Assembly: GCA_963785415.1 (NCBI GenBank)
Contig: CAWAVB010000001.1
Span: 1,821,125 to 1,885,124 of the forward strand
Length of the DNA: 64,000 nucleotides
From: an uncultured Acidimicrobiaceae bacterium
Lineage (GTDB): Bacteria; Actinomycetota; Acidimicrobiia; Acidimicrobiales; Bog-793
Direction of reading: 5' to 3'
In this document: positions 29,057 to 37,631 of the stretch, one piece after another
How positions within the stretch are numbered: position 1 is the first letter of the stretch
How the letters are laid out: each line of letters begins with the position of its first letter
The notes under the pieces: model-generated
Told to the model about the DNA's origin: nothing
Database searches by the model: none
What the model saw: the letters and a program-made list of their open reading frames with translations, nothing else
Position numbers and translations under genes: made by a program

Positions 29057-31143
29057 TCGGGGTCGGCGCCGTAGGGGGAGGCGAGCGCGCCCGGCGTCTC
29101 CTGCAAAAGCACCGGCACGCCGCCGGCGAACAGGTCGTTTGGCGGACTCCCGGGGTTCGCGTAGCGGGCCGTCCCGTTGCACCACAGCGGGAGGACCGAC
29201 GGGCTCGACAGTCCCGACTGGGTGTACGGGGGCTTCGTTCGCGGCACCCCGGCGACCCACAGCGGCAGTTGCGGCCCGGTCGGCACGTAGCTGCCGGCGA
29301 TGATCGGGTACTGCAGGCTCGTCGAGTACAGGCCGACCTGGAGGCCCGCCCCACGCAACGCGTCGAGCGCCCCCTGGATCGTGGCGTCGTTCAGCGTGCT
29401 CGACCTCGCCCAGTAGTGCCCCGTCGCGAAGTCGGAGTGGTCGGTCGGTGAGAGCGCGTCGTTCTCGATGTCGAGCCACCACAGCGAGGAGTGGACGCCC
29501 TGGCTCGTCGCATAGGCGAGCCCGGCGATCGCACCGTTGTACCCGTAGTTGTACGCCGAGCAGAGCGGGCCTGCGGCGCCGGTGAGCTTCGCGCAGTTGC
29601 CCTTGGGCCCGGTCGCCGCCATCTCGCGTCCTGCCGGCGTCGTGTCCGGGGCGTTCACGAACAGGTAGAGCGAGTAGGGCGAGCCAGACGATCCCGCGGC
29701 CTGTGTCGCCCAGGTCGCCTCGGCGGCGAGGCAGGGGTTGTCCGCCCCGTCGAGCCAGCCCGTGACCTGGAGGACCGAGACCGGCGAGGACGGTGGCAGG
29801 CCGCTCCTCGCCTCGTTCGACGTCGGCGTCTTGCACTGGAAAGACGAGATGTCGTAGCCGAAATCGTGGTGCGGGAGCGAGACGAGGCCGCGCCGCAGGG
29901 TGTACGAGCGCATCAGCCCGGTGACGGTAACGCCGGGCGGAGGTGGCTTGTGCGCCAGCGACCCGGCGAAATGGGCATCGCCGTAGCCGAAGATCCTCCC
30001 GTTCGCCGCGGTGAGCCAGTAGCCGCCGCCGTCCGCGGTCGAGACGATCGAGACGAACCGGACCGTCAACTTCAGTGCTGCCGGGGACCCGAGGCTCGTC
30101 GCGTCGCCGAATCGGTAGACGGTGCCGTTCGCGGTGGCGATCCAGTAGCCCCGCCCGTCAGCGGTCGGCGCGAAGCCGACCACCGTGTTGGTCGGCGATG
30201 ACCCCGGCGTCTTCGGCACCGATCCGAGGTCCGGCGCGTTCCCGTAGGCGTAGACGGTGCCGTTCGCCGCGACGAGCCAGTAGCCGCCGTCGCTCGGCGA
30301 GGGCGCGAAGGCGACGATCGGGGACGTCAGCTTGGCGTGGACGAGCGAGCCGCAGAATGCCGCGTCTCCGTAGTTGTAGACCGCTCCGTTCGAGGCGACG
30401 AGCCAGTAACCGTCGCCGGTCGGAGTCGCGGCGATCGCGACGATCGGCTTGCGATTGGCGTGATGGACCGGTGAGCCGAGGAAGCGCGCGTCGCCGAACC
30501 GGTAGACGTTCCCGTTCGCGGTGGCGATCCAGTAGCCGCCGGCGTCAGGGGACTCCGCCCCGCCGATGAACTTCACGTGGAGGTGCCGCGGCGCCTCGGA
30601 TCCGAGGAACTTCACACCACCGAAGGGTTCGATGCCGCCGTTGGACTCAGCGAGGTAGTAGGCGGGTTTCTCGACCGTCGGCACAACGAGGGTCGTCGTT
30701 ACCGCCGGGAGCGTCGTCGTCGTGGACGTTGTCGTGGTGGGCATCGTCGTCGTCGTGGGCGTCGTCGTGGTGGTCGGCGTCGTCGTGGTGGTCGGCGTCG
30801 TCGTCGTTGTGGTCGTGGGCGTCGTCGTGGAGGTCGGCGGCGTCGTCGTGGTCGTCGTCGTCGTGGTGGTCGTCGTGGTCGTCGTCGTGGTGGTCGTCGT
30901 GGTGGTCGTCGTGGTGGTCGTCGTCGTGGTCGTCGTCGTGGTCGTCGTGGTCGTCGTCGTCGGTGCCACGGGATAGGCGCATGTCGTCGCGCCTGGCGTC
31001 GGGGGCAGCGTCGTCGGGTCGGAGGTCGTCGCCGACAGGCGGGCGCCACCGGCGCCACCGCCGAGCGCGCCGAGACCGACGACCAACGCGATGGTCGAGA
31101 TGACGGCGAGCAGGGGGCGGCGCGCCATCGCGGAGCGTCGCAT
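29044..31143 (-). CDS. secreted multidomain protein: signal peptide, Thr/Pro linker with a T40 run, six ~42-aa GYW-type repeats, and a GH25/DUF1906 (Rv2525c)-like C-terminal domain
   Basis: The signal is MRRSAMARRPLLAVISTIALVVGLGALGG. There are six repeats of GYW(L/I)xAxNGxVYx(F/Y)GDAxFxGS. The C-terminal domain carries FGYDISSFQC ... LYLFVNA ... WWLDIEND, resembling GH25-like TIM barrels. The start is ATG 31143 (or 31128). Confidence 0.85.
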   Translation of the reverse strand: MRRSAMARRPLLAVISTIALVVGLGALGGGAGGARLSATTSDPTTLPPTPGATTCAYPVAPTTTTTTTTTTTTTTTTTTTTTTTTTTTTTTTTTTTTTTTTPPTSTTTPTTTTTTTPTTTTTPTTTTTPTTTTMPTTTTSTTTTLPAVTTTLVVPTVEKPAYYLAESNGGIEPFGGVKFLGSEAPRHLHVKFIGGAESPDAGGYWIATANGNVYRFGDARFLGSPVHHANRKPIVAIAATPTGDGYWLVASNGAVYNYGDAAFCGSLVHAKLTSPIVAFAPSPSDGGYWLVAANGTVYAYGNAPDLGSVPKTPGSSPTNTVVGFAPTADGRGYWIATANGTVYRFGDATSLGSPAALKLTVRFVSIVSTADGGGYWLTAANGRIFGYGDAHFAGSLAHKPPPPGVTVTGLMRSYTLRRGLVSLPHHDFGYDISSFQCKTPTSNEARSGLPPSSPVSVLQVTGWLDGADNPCLAAEATWATQAAGSSGSPYSLYLFVNAPDTTPAGREMAATGPKGNCAKLTGAAGPLCSAYNYGYNGAIAGLAYATSQGVHSSLWWLDIENDALSPTDHSDFATGHYWARSSTLNDATIQGALDALRGAGLQVGLYSTSLQYPIIAGSYVPTGPQLPLWVAGVPRTKPPYTQSGLSSPSVLPLWCNGTARYANPGSPPNDLFAGGVPVLLQETPGALASPYGADPDYSC
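30691..30960 (-). repeat. coding low-complexity tract: 40 consecutive Thr codons (30841..30960) followed by 50 aa of T/P-rich linker
   Basis: Counted on the DNA: 40 in-frame ACG/ACC codons between the CCG at 30961..30963 and the CCG CCG at 30835..30840. The sequence then reads PPTSTTTPTTTTTTTPTTTTTPTTTTTPTTTTMPTTTTSTTTTLPAVTTT. Confidence 0.95.
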
Positions 31144-32531
31144 CAAGCCGCCAGCAGCTCTGCGACCCGGAAGGCGAGATCGAGCGCTTGGCGCGCGTTG
31201 AGCCGCGGGTCGCACCTCGTCGTGTAGCGCAGTGAGAGATGCTCCTCGAGGATGTCCTCGGCACCGCCGAGGCATTCGGTCACGGCGTCACCGGTGAGCT
31301 CGACGTGGACGCCGCCCGGCCAGGTTCCCTCCTGACGGTGGACCGCGAAGAAGCCCTTGATCTCACCGAGCACGTCGTCGAAACGCCGTGTTTTCCGTCC
31401 GGTCTCGGCAACGAACGTGTTCCCGTGCATCGGATCGCACTCCCAGACGACGGGGTGCCCGGCGTCCGTGACGGCGCGCACGATTCCCGGGAGCAGCGTC
31501 GTCACGTCGCGGACGCCGAGGCGCGTGATGAGCGTGAGACGCCCCGGCACCTTCTCGGGGTTGAGGGCCGCGCAGAGCGCGACCGCTTCATCCGGCGAGG
31601 CGGAAGGGCCGAGCTTCACGCCGATCGGATTGCGCACGCCGCGCAGGAACTCGACATGTGCGCCGTCGAGTTGGCGCGTCCGGTCCCCGATCCAGAGCAT
31701 GTGCGCCGAACCGTCGTAGAAATCGCCGGTCAGCTGGTCGCGGCGGGTGAGCGACTCCTCGTAGTCGAGGAGCAGGGCCTCGTGGCTCGTGAACAGGTCG
31801 ACCTGCTGGGTGGGGGTGTCGGACTCCAGGTTCACACCACACGCCCCCAGGAATCGCAGGGCGCGGTCGATCGCCTGGGCGGTCTCCTCGTAGCGGAGGC
31901 CCTCGCGGCTCGTGGCGACGAACTCCTGGGTCCAGGAGTGCACCTGCCCGAGCGCCGCGAAGCCGCCCTTCGTGAAGGTGCGCACGAGGTTGAGCGTTGC
32001 CGCGGCGTGCCGGTAGGCGTCGACCATCCGGAACGGGTCGGCGCGGCGTGCCTCGAGGCTCGGCGCGTCGTCGTTCACGATGTGGCCACGGAAAGAGGGG
32101 ATCTCCCCGTCGCCGAGCGACTCGGTCGGCGACGAGCGGGGCTTGGCGAACTGTCCCGCGATGCGTCCGATCTTCACGACGGGGACACCGGACCCATACG
32201 TGAGCACGACGGCCATCTGGAGGATGACCTTCAGCTTGTCGCGGATGGCGTTGGCGTTGATCTCACTGAACGACTCCGCGCAGTCGCCCGCCTGGAGGAT
32301 GAAGGCCCGGCGATCGGCCACATGGCCGAGCGACTCGATGAGACGACGCGTCTCGCCGGCGAAGACGAGCGGTGGAAAGGCGGCGAGCGCGTCGAGCGCG
32401 CGCGCAAGTTGGGCGGAATCCGGCCATTCCGGCCCCTGCTCGGCGGGTCGCGACCGCCAGGAATCGACCGTCCAGGCCGTGGCGTCGTCGGTGGGGCGCG
32501 TACCTACCGGCTCGGGGGCGAACGGGCGCAT
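31143..32531 (-). CDS. aroG: 3-deoxy-D-arabino-heptulosonate 7-phosphate synthase, class II
   Basis: Near-colinear resemblance to mycobacterial/plant-type DAHP synthase: FILQAGDCAESF, LQMAVVLTY, IGRIAGQFAKPRS, WIGDRTRQLDGAHVEF, CDPMHGNT and HVELTGD.VTECLGG. Start ATG 32531 was checked in frame. Confidence 0.95.
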   Translation of the reverse strand: MRPFAPEPVGTRPTDDATAWTVDSWRSRPAEQGPEWPDSAQLARALDALAAFPPLVFAGETRRLIESLGHVADRRAFILQAGDCAESFSEINANAIRDKLKVILQMAVVLTYGSGVPVVKIGRIAGQFAKPRSSPTESLGDGEIPSFRGHIVNDDAPSLEARRADPFRMVDAYRHAAATLNLVRTFTKGGFAALGQVHSWTQEFVATSREGLRYEETAQAIDRALRFLGACGVNLESDTPTQQVDLFTSHEALLLDYEESLTRRDQLTGDFYDGSAHMLWIGDRTRQLDGAHVEFLRGVRNPIGVKLGPSASPDEAVALCAALNPEKVPGRLTLITRLGVRDVTTLLPGIVRAVTDAGHPVVWECDPMHGNTFVAETGRKTRRFDDVLGEIKGFFAVHRQEGTWPGGVHVELTGDAVTECLGGAEDILEEHLSLRYTTRCDPRLNARQALDLAFRVAELLAA

Positions 32532-32673
32532 GGCTCCAGAGTAGGCAACGCGGACCGTCGGCGTGCCGACACCGGGCGTACGCGGTATTCGGCTGTGCCT
32601 ACGCTGGGCGGGGAACGGTTGTGCAGGCCGGGGCGGATCCGCCGTCCAGCCCGTACCCTCGTCCGGGGAGTCC

Positions 32674-33273
32674 ATGCGCATCGGTGTCTTCGGGGGAACG
32701 TTCGACCCGATCCATGTCGGCCATCTCGTCGCGGCCGTGAACGCCCGCCACACGCTCGGCCTCGACCGGGTGCTTTTCGTCGTGGCGAACGAGCCGTGGC
32801 AGAAGGTGGGTGACCGGCCGGTGTCGCCGGCGCTCGACCGTCTGGCGCTCGTCGACGCCGCCCTCGGCGACGTGGACGGGCTCGAGGCGTCGCGGCTCGA
32901 GATCGACCGCGGCGGGCCCTCGTACACCATCGACACGATCGAGGAGCTGCGGCGGCTCGAACCGACGGCGGACCTGTATCTGATCGTCGGGGCCGACGTG
33001 ATCGCCGGGCTCGCGACCTGGGAGCGCCTCGACGATGTCCGGCGCGAGACGACGATGGTCGTCGTCAACCGACCCGGTTCGACGCCGGTGCTGCCGGGGC
33101 GCGACGGTCGGCTCACCGGGTGGAACGCCGTTGCGATTGAGATCCCGGCGCTCGAGATATCGAGCACCGACCTGCGCGAAAGGGCTGCTACGGGGCGTCC
33201 GCTCGACTATCTCATCCCCGAGGGCGCGGTCCGCATGATCAAAGAACGCGGGATGTACGCTCGCGACAGATGA
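32674..33273 (+). CDS. nadD: nicotinate-nucleotide adenylyltransferase
   Basis: MRIGVFGGTFDPIHVGH, SYTIDT and ISST.LR are present. Confidence 0.93.
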   Translation: MRIGVFGGTFDPIHVGHLVAAVNARHTLGLDRVLFVVANEPWQKVGDRPVSPALDRLALVDAALGDVDGLEASRLEIDRGGPSYTIDTIEELRRLEPTADLYLIVGADVIAGLATWERLDDVRRETTMVVVNRPGSTPVLPGRDGRLTGWNAVAIEIPALEISSTDLRERAATGRPLDYLIPEGAVRMIKERGMYARDR

Positions 33274-33352
33274 CGAGCCGCCCGCTGCGCAGACCCGAAA
33301 TTCCCCGGGTCGAAGCGGCTCGCAGTCCCGCATCGACCGGCGGCCTTCCTCG

Positions 33353-33724
33353 TTGACGTCGCCTGCTGCGCTTGTCGCCGCCCGAGCGGCCGCGGCGAAG
33401 ACGCTGGAGACGACGGTCGTGCTCGACGTCGGCGACCTCATCGGCATCACCGACTACTTCATCATCACCGCCGGACGCAATGAGCGGCAGGTCCGGTCCA
33501 TCGTCGACGAGGTCTCCCGGCGGCTGCGCGAGCTCGCCGGCCTCTCGGCGCGGCAGGTCGAAGGCCTCGAGGGCTCGCACTGGGTGCTCCTCGACTACGG
33601 GGACTTCGTCGTCCACGTCTTCGACACCGCGGCGCGGTCGCTTTACTCGCTGGAGCGGCTGTGGGCCGACGCGCCCCGGGTCGTCGTCGACGACTCCGAC
33701 CCGGTTGAGGTCGCCGGGAGCTGA
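33353..33724 (+). CDS. rsfS: ribosome silencing factor RsfS (iojap)
   Basis: DYFIITAGRNERQVRSI...WVLLDYGDFVVHVF....R..Y.LE.LW. Position after nadD supports the call. Confidence 0.9.
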   Translation: MTSPAALVAARAAAAKTLETTVVLDVGDLIGITDYFIITAGRNERQVRSIVDEVSRRLRELAGLSARQVEGLEGSHWVLLDYGDFVVHVFDTAARSLYSLERLWADAPRVVVDDSDPVEVAGS

Positions 33725-33731
33725 GCGTCGC

Positions 33732-34340
33732 TCAAGGGCTCGTTGGAGGTGCAATCGCGCGATAGTCGACGCGATTGACGGAACGGTTCCTGATCACGCC
33801 GCCGTTCGGGAGATAGGCGATCTTCTCGCCGTTCAGCACGAGGTTGACGGCGTCGATCTCGCGGAATTGCGTCAGCGTGTAGACGATCTGCCCGTCGGCC
33901 TGGAACAGCTGGGTCGTGTCGAGGTCGTCGAAAGTCGAGTCGAGGTCGACCGAGGCGACATGGTCGACGACTTTGCCGATGACCGTCACCGTCGCCGCCG
34001 GTGCGACGCTCAGCGCCGTCGTCACGCCGAGCCGGAACTCGGCACTCGTCGGACCCGCGTCGAGGCCGTTCAGCGCCAGCTGGAGTTCGTGATCGAGGGT
34101 GAGCTTCCCCCTCGGCAGGTGGCGGACCGAGGCGACGAGGTAGCCGTTCGTGACGAAAAAGACGTCGATCGCCCGTCCGGGGTGGGGCGTCGTGGGAGGT
34201 GTCGTCGGCGAGGTGAACTGGTTCGCCGGGACGTTGAAAGGTTGCGCCGTCGACTGCAGCGCGATGCCGCAGCCCGACGCGGTGACGGCGAGGACGGCGG
34301 CGCCGAGCGCCACGACCACGAACCGGTGTTGACGCCTCAT
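33732..34340 (-). CDS. lipoprotein with GerMN-like domain (short LpqB-like partner of MtrAB)
   Basis: Signal plus lipobox VLAVTASGC. The mature part (VFFVTNG.L....R...........AL..L..GP) resembles GerMN. Its start overlaps the upstream kinase stop (ATGA). Confidence 0.7.
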   Translation of the reverse strand: MRRQHRFVVVALGAAVLAVTASGCGIALQSTAQPFNVPANQFTSPTTPPTTPHPGRAIDVFFVTNGYLVASVRHLPRGKLTLDHELQLALNGLDAGPTSAEFRLGVTTALSVAPAATVTVIGKVVDHVASVDLDSTFDDLDTTQLFQADGQIVYTLTQFREIDAVNLVLNGEKIAYLPNGGVIRNRSVNRVDYRAIAPPTSP

Positions 34341-35845
34341 CGCGCCGCCCCCCGGTCGGAACCGTCGTCAAGCACCTTCGCCTGTTCCTCTTCGGTCTGG
34401 GAGAGCGGCAGCTCGACGACGAAGCGCGCCCCGCCGGTCGGCGAGTCGGTGACCCACACCCTTCCCCCGTGGAGCCGGACGTGCTCCTGGACGAGCGCGA
34501 GGCCAAGACCGGTGCCGACCCCGGCGCCCCGGCTGCCCGCCGTTCCCGGACCGCGGGCGAAGCGTTCGAAGATGCGATCGCGATCCGCCGACGGTATGCC
34601 GGGCCCGGAATCGTCGACGTAGACCCGAACGGAGTGGTCACTTGTCTCAACGACGATCTCGGTCACCCCTCCGGCGTAACGGTCGGCGTTCTCGATGAGG
34701 TTCCCGAAGACGCGCTCGATCCGGCGCTTGTCGACGGAGAGCTCGCGGTGATCGTCGGCGGGGTTGATCGAAACGGGCAACGGCGCGTGGCCCGCCGGGG
34801 CGACGGCGTGGCGGACGAGGTCGCCGATCTCCACCGGGCTCGTCGCGAAGTCCGCCGAGCGAGCGTCGAATCGCGAGATCTCAAGCAGGTCGCGCACCAT
34901 GCGCTGGAAGCGACGCACCTCGGTGCTCAACAGGTCGAGCGCCCGCTGGGCGCGCTCGGGCAGCTCGTCCCGGCGCGACTCGATCACCGACAGCGATGTC
35001 GCCAGCGTCGTCAAAGGGGAGCGGAGCTCATGAGAGACGTCGGAGGTGAAGCGCGCGTCCCGCTCGATCCGTTGCTGCAGGCGATCGGCCATCCGGTTGA
35101 ACGACGACGTGAGCACGGCGAGGTCGCGCGCGTCGCCCGTCTCGAGCCGAGTGTCGAGCATCCCGCTCGCGATGGACGACGCGGCCGCGGAGACGTCGCG
35201 CAGCGGGCGCAGTGTGCGTCCCGCCGCCCAGCGGCCGAGGGCGGCGCCGAGCAACGTCGTCACGGCCGCCGCGGCGATGAGCGAGGCCAGAAGGACGTGG
35301 AGCGAGGCGTTGGTCTGGCTGAGGCTGAACACCCCGAAGTAGTAGGCGCCATGGGGGATGGCGATCCCGACGGCGAAATGCGGCTCGCCACGGAAAGGGA
35401 ACGTCTGCTCTGCCGACTTCCCGGAAAGCGTGAGCGCGCGCAACGACGCCGGGAGGTTGCTCTGGGGGAACGTCACCGGGGACGAGGGGAACCACGACTG
35501 GAGGGACGTGACGTAGATGAGCGAGTACGACGTCGTCGAGCGGAGATCGTCGGAGAGCCCGAGGACGTCCTCCGTGACCACGGACGGGTCGAGCGCGTAA
35601 ACGCTTTCGTGCAGTGAGGTCGCGTTGGCGATCGCCTGGAGCTCGAAGGAGTGCTCGTCCTGGGAGACGATCGACGAGCTCGTCGTGAAGTAGGTGATCG
35701 ACGTGAGGAGCAGGGAGAGCACGAGCGCGCCCAGTGTGAACACGGCGGTGATGCGGGCGCGCAGCCCGAGATGGATGAGCCGGCCGCGTCCGCGGCGGAT
35801 GCGGCGATGCGGGAGGAGCCGTCGGCGCCGTTCCCCGGCGGGCAT
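34337..35845 (-). CDS. mtrB: membrane sensor histidine kinase (MtrB-like)
   Basis: Two TM helices flank an extracytoplasmic loop, followed by HAMP, the H-box FTSDVSHELRSPLT, and ATPase boxes (NLIENADRYA, DDSGPGI, GTGLGLALV). The start ATG 35845 shares one base with the regulator stop. The gene symbol is assigned by synteny only. Confidence 0.85.
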   Translation of the reverse strand: MPAGERRRRLLPHRRIRRGRGRLIHLGLRARITAVFTLGALVLSLLLTSITYFTTSSSIVSQDEHSFELQAIANATSLHESVYALDPSVVTEDVLGLSDDLRSTTSYSLIYVTSLQSWFPSSPVTFPQSNLPASLRALTLSGKSAEQTFPFRGEPHFAVGIAIPHGAYYFGVFSLSQTNASLHVLLASLIAAAAVTTLLGAALGRWAAGRTLRPLRDVSAAASSIASGMLDTRLETGDARDLAVLTSSFNRMADRLQQRIERDARFTSDVSHELRSPLTTLATSLSVIESRRDELPERAQRALDLLSTEVRRFQRMVRDLLEISRFDARSADFATSPVEIGDLVRHAVAPAGHAPLPVSINPADDHRELSVDKRRIERVFGNLIENADRYAGGVTEIVVETSDHSVRVYVDDSGPGIPSADRDRIFERFARGPGTAGSRGAGVGTGLGLALVQEHVRLHGGRVWVTDSPTGGARFVVELPLSQTEEEQAKVLDDGSDRGAAR

Positions 35846-36543
35846 CACGGGGCGAGCTTGTAGCCGAGACCGCGTACGGTGAGCACGTACCGGGGGTTGG
35901 CGGGGTCGGGTTCGACCTTCGTGCGCAGCCGCCGGACGTGCACGTCGACGAGCCGGCCGTCGCCGAAGTAGTCGTAGCTCCATACCCGCTCGAGGAGCTG
36001 CTCACGGGAGAGCACCTTGCCGTGGTTGGCGGCGAGCTCGCAGAGCAGGAGGAACTCGGTGCGGGTGAGGTGGACCTCTTCGCCGGCGAGCCGGACGACG
36101 CCCGCCTCCGGCATGATTTCGAGGTCGCCGAAGGTGAGCGCGGACGGGCCGCCCTCGGTCGAACGGGCCCGCCGGAGCAGCGCGCGGATGCGTGCCGCGA
36201 GCTCCTTGGGCTCGAACGGCTTCGTCACGTAGTCGTCGGCGCCCGCCTCGAGGCCGGCGACGACGTCGTGGGTGTCGGTGCGCGCCGTCACCATGATGAT
36301 CGGGACCGCGCTCTGACGGCGGACCTCCCGGCAGCACTCGAAGCCGTCCATTCCGGGCAGCATGATGTCGATGATGACGAGGTCGAGGGGCTCGAAGCTG
36401 AGCGATTGGGTGAAGCGCTCGAGCGCCTCCTCGCCGCTGCCGGCCTCGACGACGTCGTAGCCCTCGTCCTCGAGCGCGAGGCCCATCGAGGCCCGGATGC
36501 GTTCGTCGTCCTCGACGATAAGAATCCGACTTGCCATACCCAA
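35845..36543 (-). CDS. mtrA: OmpR-family response regulator (MtrA-like)
   Basis: ILIVEDD, DLVIIDIMLPGMDG and TARTD....G...GADDY..KPF, plus a winged-helix C-terminus (VRRLR.K.E). Confidence 0.9.
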   Translation of the reverse strand: MGMASRILIVEDDERIRASMGLALEDEGYDVVEAGSGEEALERFTQSLSFEPLDLVIIDIMLPGMDGFECCREVRRQSAVPIIMVTARTDTHDVVAGLEAGADDYVTKPFEPKELAARIRALLRRARSTEGGPSALTFGDLEIMPEAGVVRLAGEEVHLTRTEFLLLCELAANHGKVLSREQLLERVWSYDYFGDGRLVDVHVRRLRTKVEPDPANPRYVLTVRGLGYKLAP

Positions 36544-36607
36544 TCTTGTCGCGTCGCGGGCCGCAGTGTTCCCCGGAGTCGTCGCGCGGGTTCGCTACGC
36601 TCGGGTT

Positions 36608-37498
36608 GTGACCTGGGAGTTCGACGCGTTCGTCCAGGCGCTCGGGGCGTCGTCGCCGGCGACCGTCCGGGCGTACCGCTCGGACGTCGACTCGTTCGCC
36701 GGGTGGGCGGCCCGGTCCGGGGTCACGGGGCCCGCCGACGTCGACCGGCTGCTCCTCCGCCGGTACCTCGCGTACCTCGCGACCCGCGGCTACGAGCGCC
36801 GGTCGGTCGCTCGCAAGGCGGCCGCCCTGCGCCGCTACTTCGCCTTCGCCAAGCGGCGGGGGCTCATCGCGGACGACCCGTCGCGCCGCCTGACCGCCTC
36901 CTCGGGCGAGGGGCGCCTGCCCCGCGTGCTCTCGCCCGCCGAGCTCGACGCCCTCCTCGAGGGCTCACCGGACGCGGCACCTCCCGACGATCCCCGCGCC
37001 GAGGCGACCAGGCGGCGCGACGACGCCGTGCTCGAGCTCCTCTACGGCTCCGGCCTGCGGGTGAGCGAGTGCTGCGGGCTCGACGCCGACGGGCTCGACC
37101 TCACCGGCGGGACCGTCACCGTCTGGGGCAAGGGCGGCAAGCAGCGGCGGGTGCCGATGAGCGAGCCGTCCGTCGACGCCTGCCGGAGCTACCTCGGCTC
37201 GGCCCGGGCGGTCCTTTGCGGGCCCGAGTCGCCGCCGCAGGCGGTCTTTTTGAACTCGCGGGGCCGGCGTCTCGGGCCCCGCGACGTGCGCCGCATCATC
37301 GACCGGCGCACGGTCGTGCCGACGCACCCGCACGCCTTGCGCCACACCTACGCCACGCACCTGCTCGACGGGGGCGCGGACCTGCGTGTCGTCCAGGAGC
37401 TCCTCGGGCACTCGAGCCTCAAGACGACGCAGCGCTACACGCACGTCTCCAAAGAGCGCCTCGTTGGCGTCTACAAGAAGGCCCACCCGAGGGCCTGA
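36608..37498 (+). CDS. xerC: site-specific tyrosine recombinase XerC
   Basis: SAM-like N-domain ([10 protein letters not shown]) and catalytic boxes [18 protein letters not shown] and [16 protein letters not shown]. The start is set at in-frame GTG 36608. It sits upstream of rpsB, as in mycobacteria. Confidence 0.88.
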   Translation: MTWEFDAFVQALGASSPATVRAYRSDVDSFAGWAARSGVTGPADVDRLLLRRYLAYLATRGYERRSVARKAAALRRYFAFAKRRGLIADDPSRRLTASSGEGRLPRVLSPAELDALLEGSPDAAPPDDPRAEATRRRDDAVLELLYGSGLRVSECCGLDADGLDLTGGTVTVWGKGGKQRRVPMSEPSVDACRSYLGSARAVLCGPESPPQAVFLNSRGRRLGPRDVRRIIDRRTVVPTHPHALRHTYATHLLDGGADLRVVQELLGHSSLKTTQRYTHVSKERLVGVYKKAHPRA

Positions 37499-37631
37499 CC
37501 GCTGCCGCCATGCGAGCGGCTACCATGCTCCCGAGGCCCGCCCGGGTCTCACGACCAATCGGCCGGACGTGCCCACGGTCGCCTCACGGCGCGACGTCCG
37601 GTTCAGCAGAACCGTTGGGAAGGAGCGACGC

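Noticed and set aside
30577-31264. Plus- and minus-strand ORFs encoding poly-Val, poly-Arg/Gly, poly-Ser/Trp or poly-Asp/His (for example 30722..30976, 30577..31227, 30647..31264).
   Set aside because: All are alternative frames of the (ACG/ACC)n threonine tract. The Thr frame alone is continuous with a signal peptide upstream and folded domains downstream.
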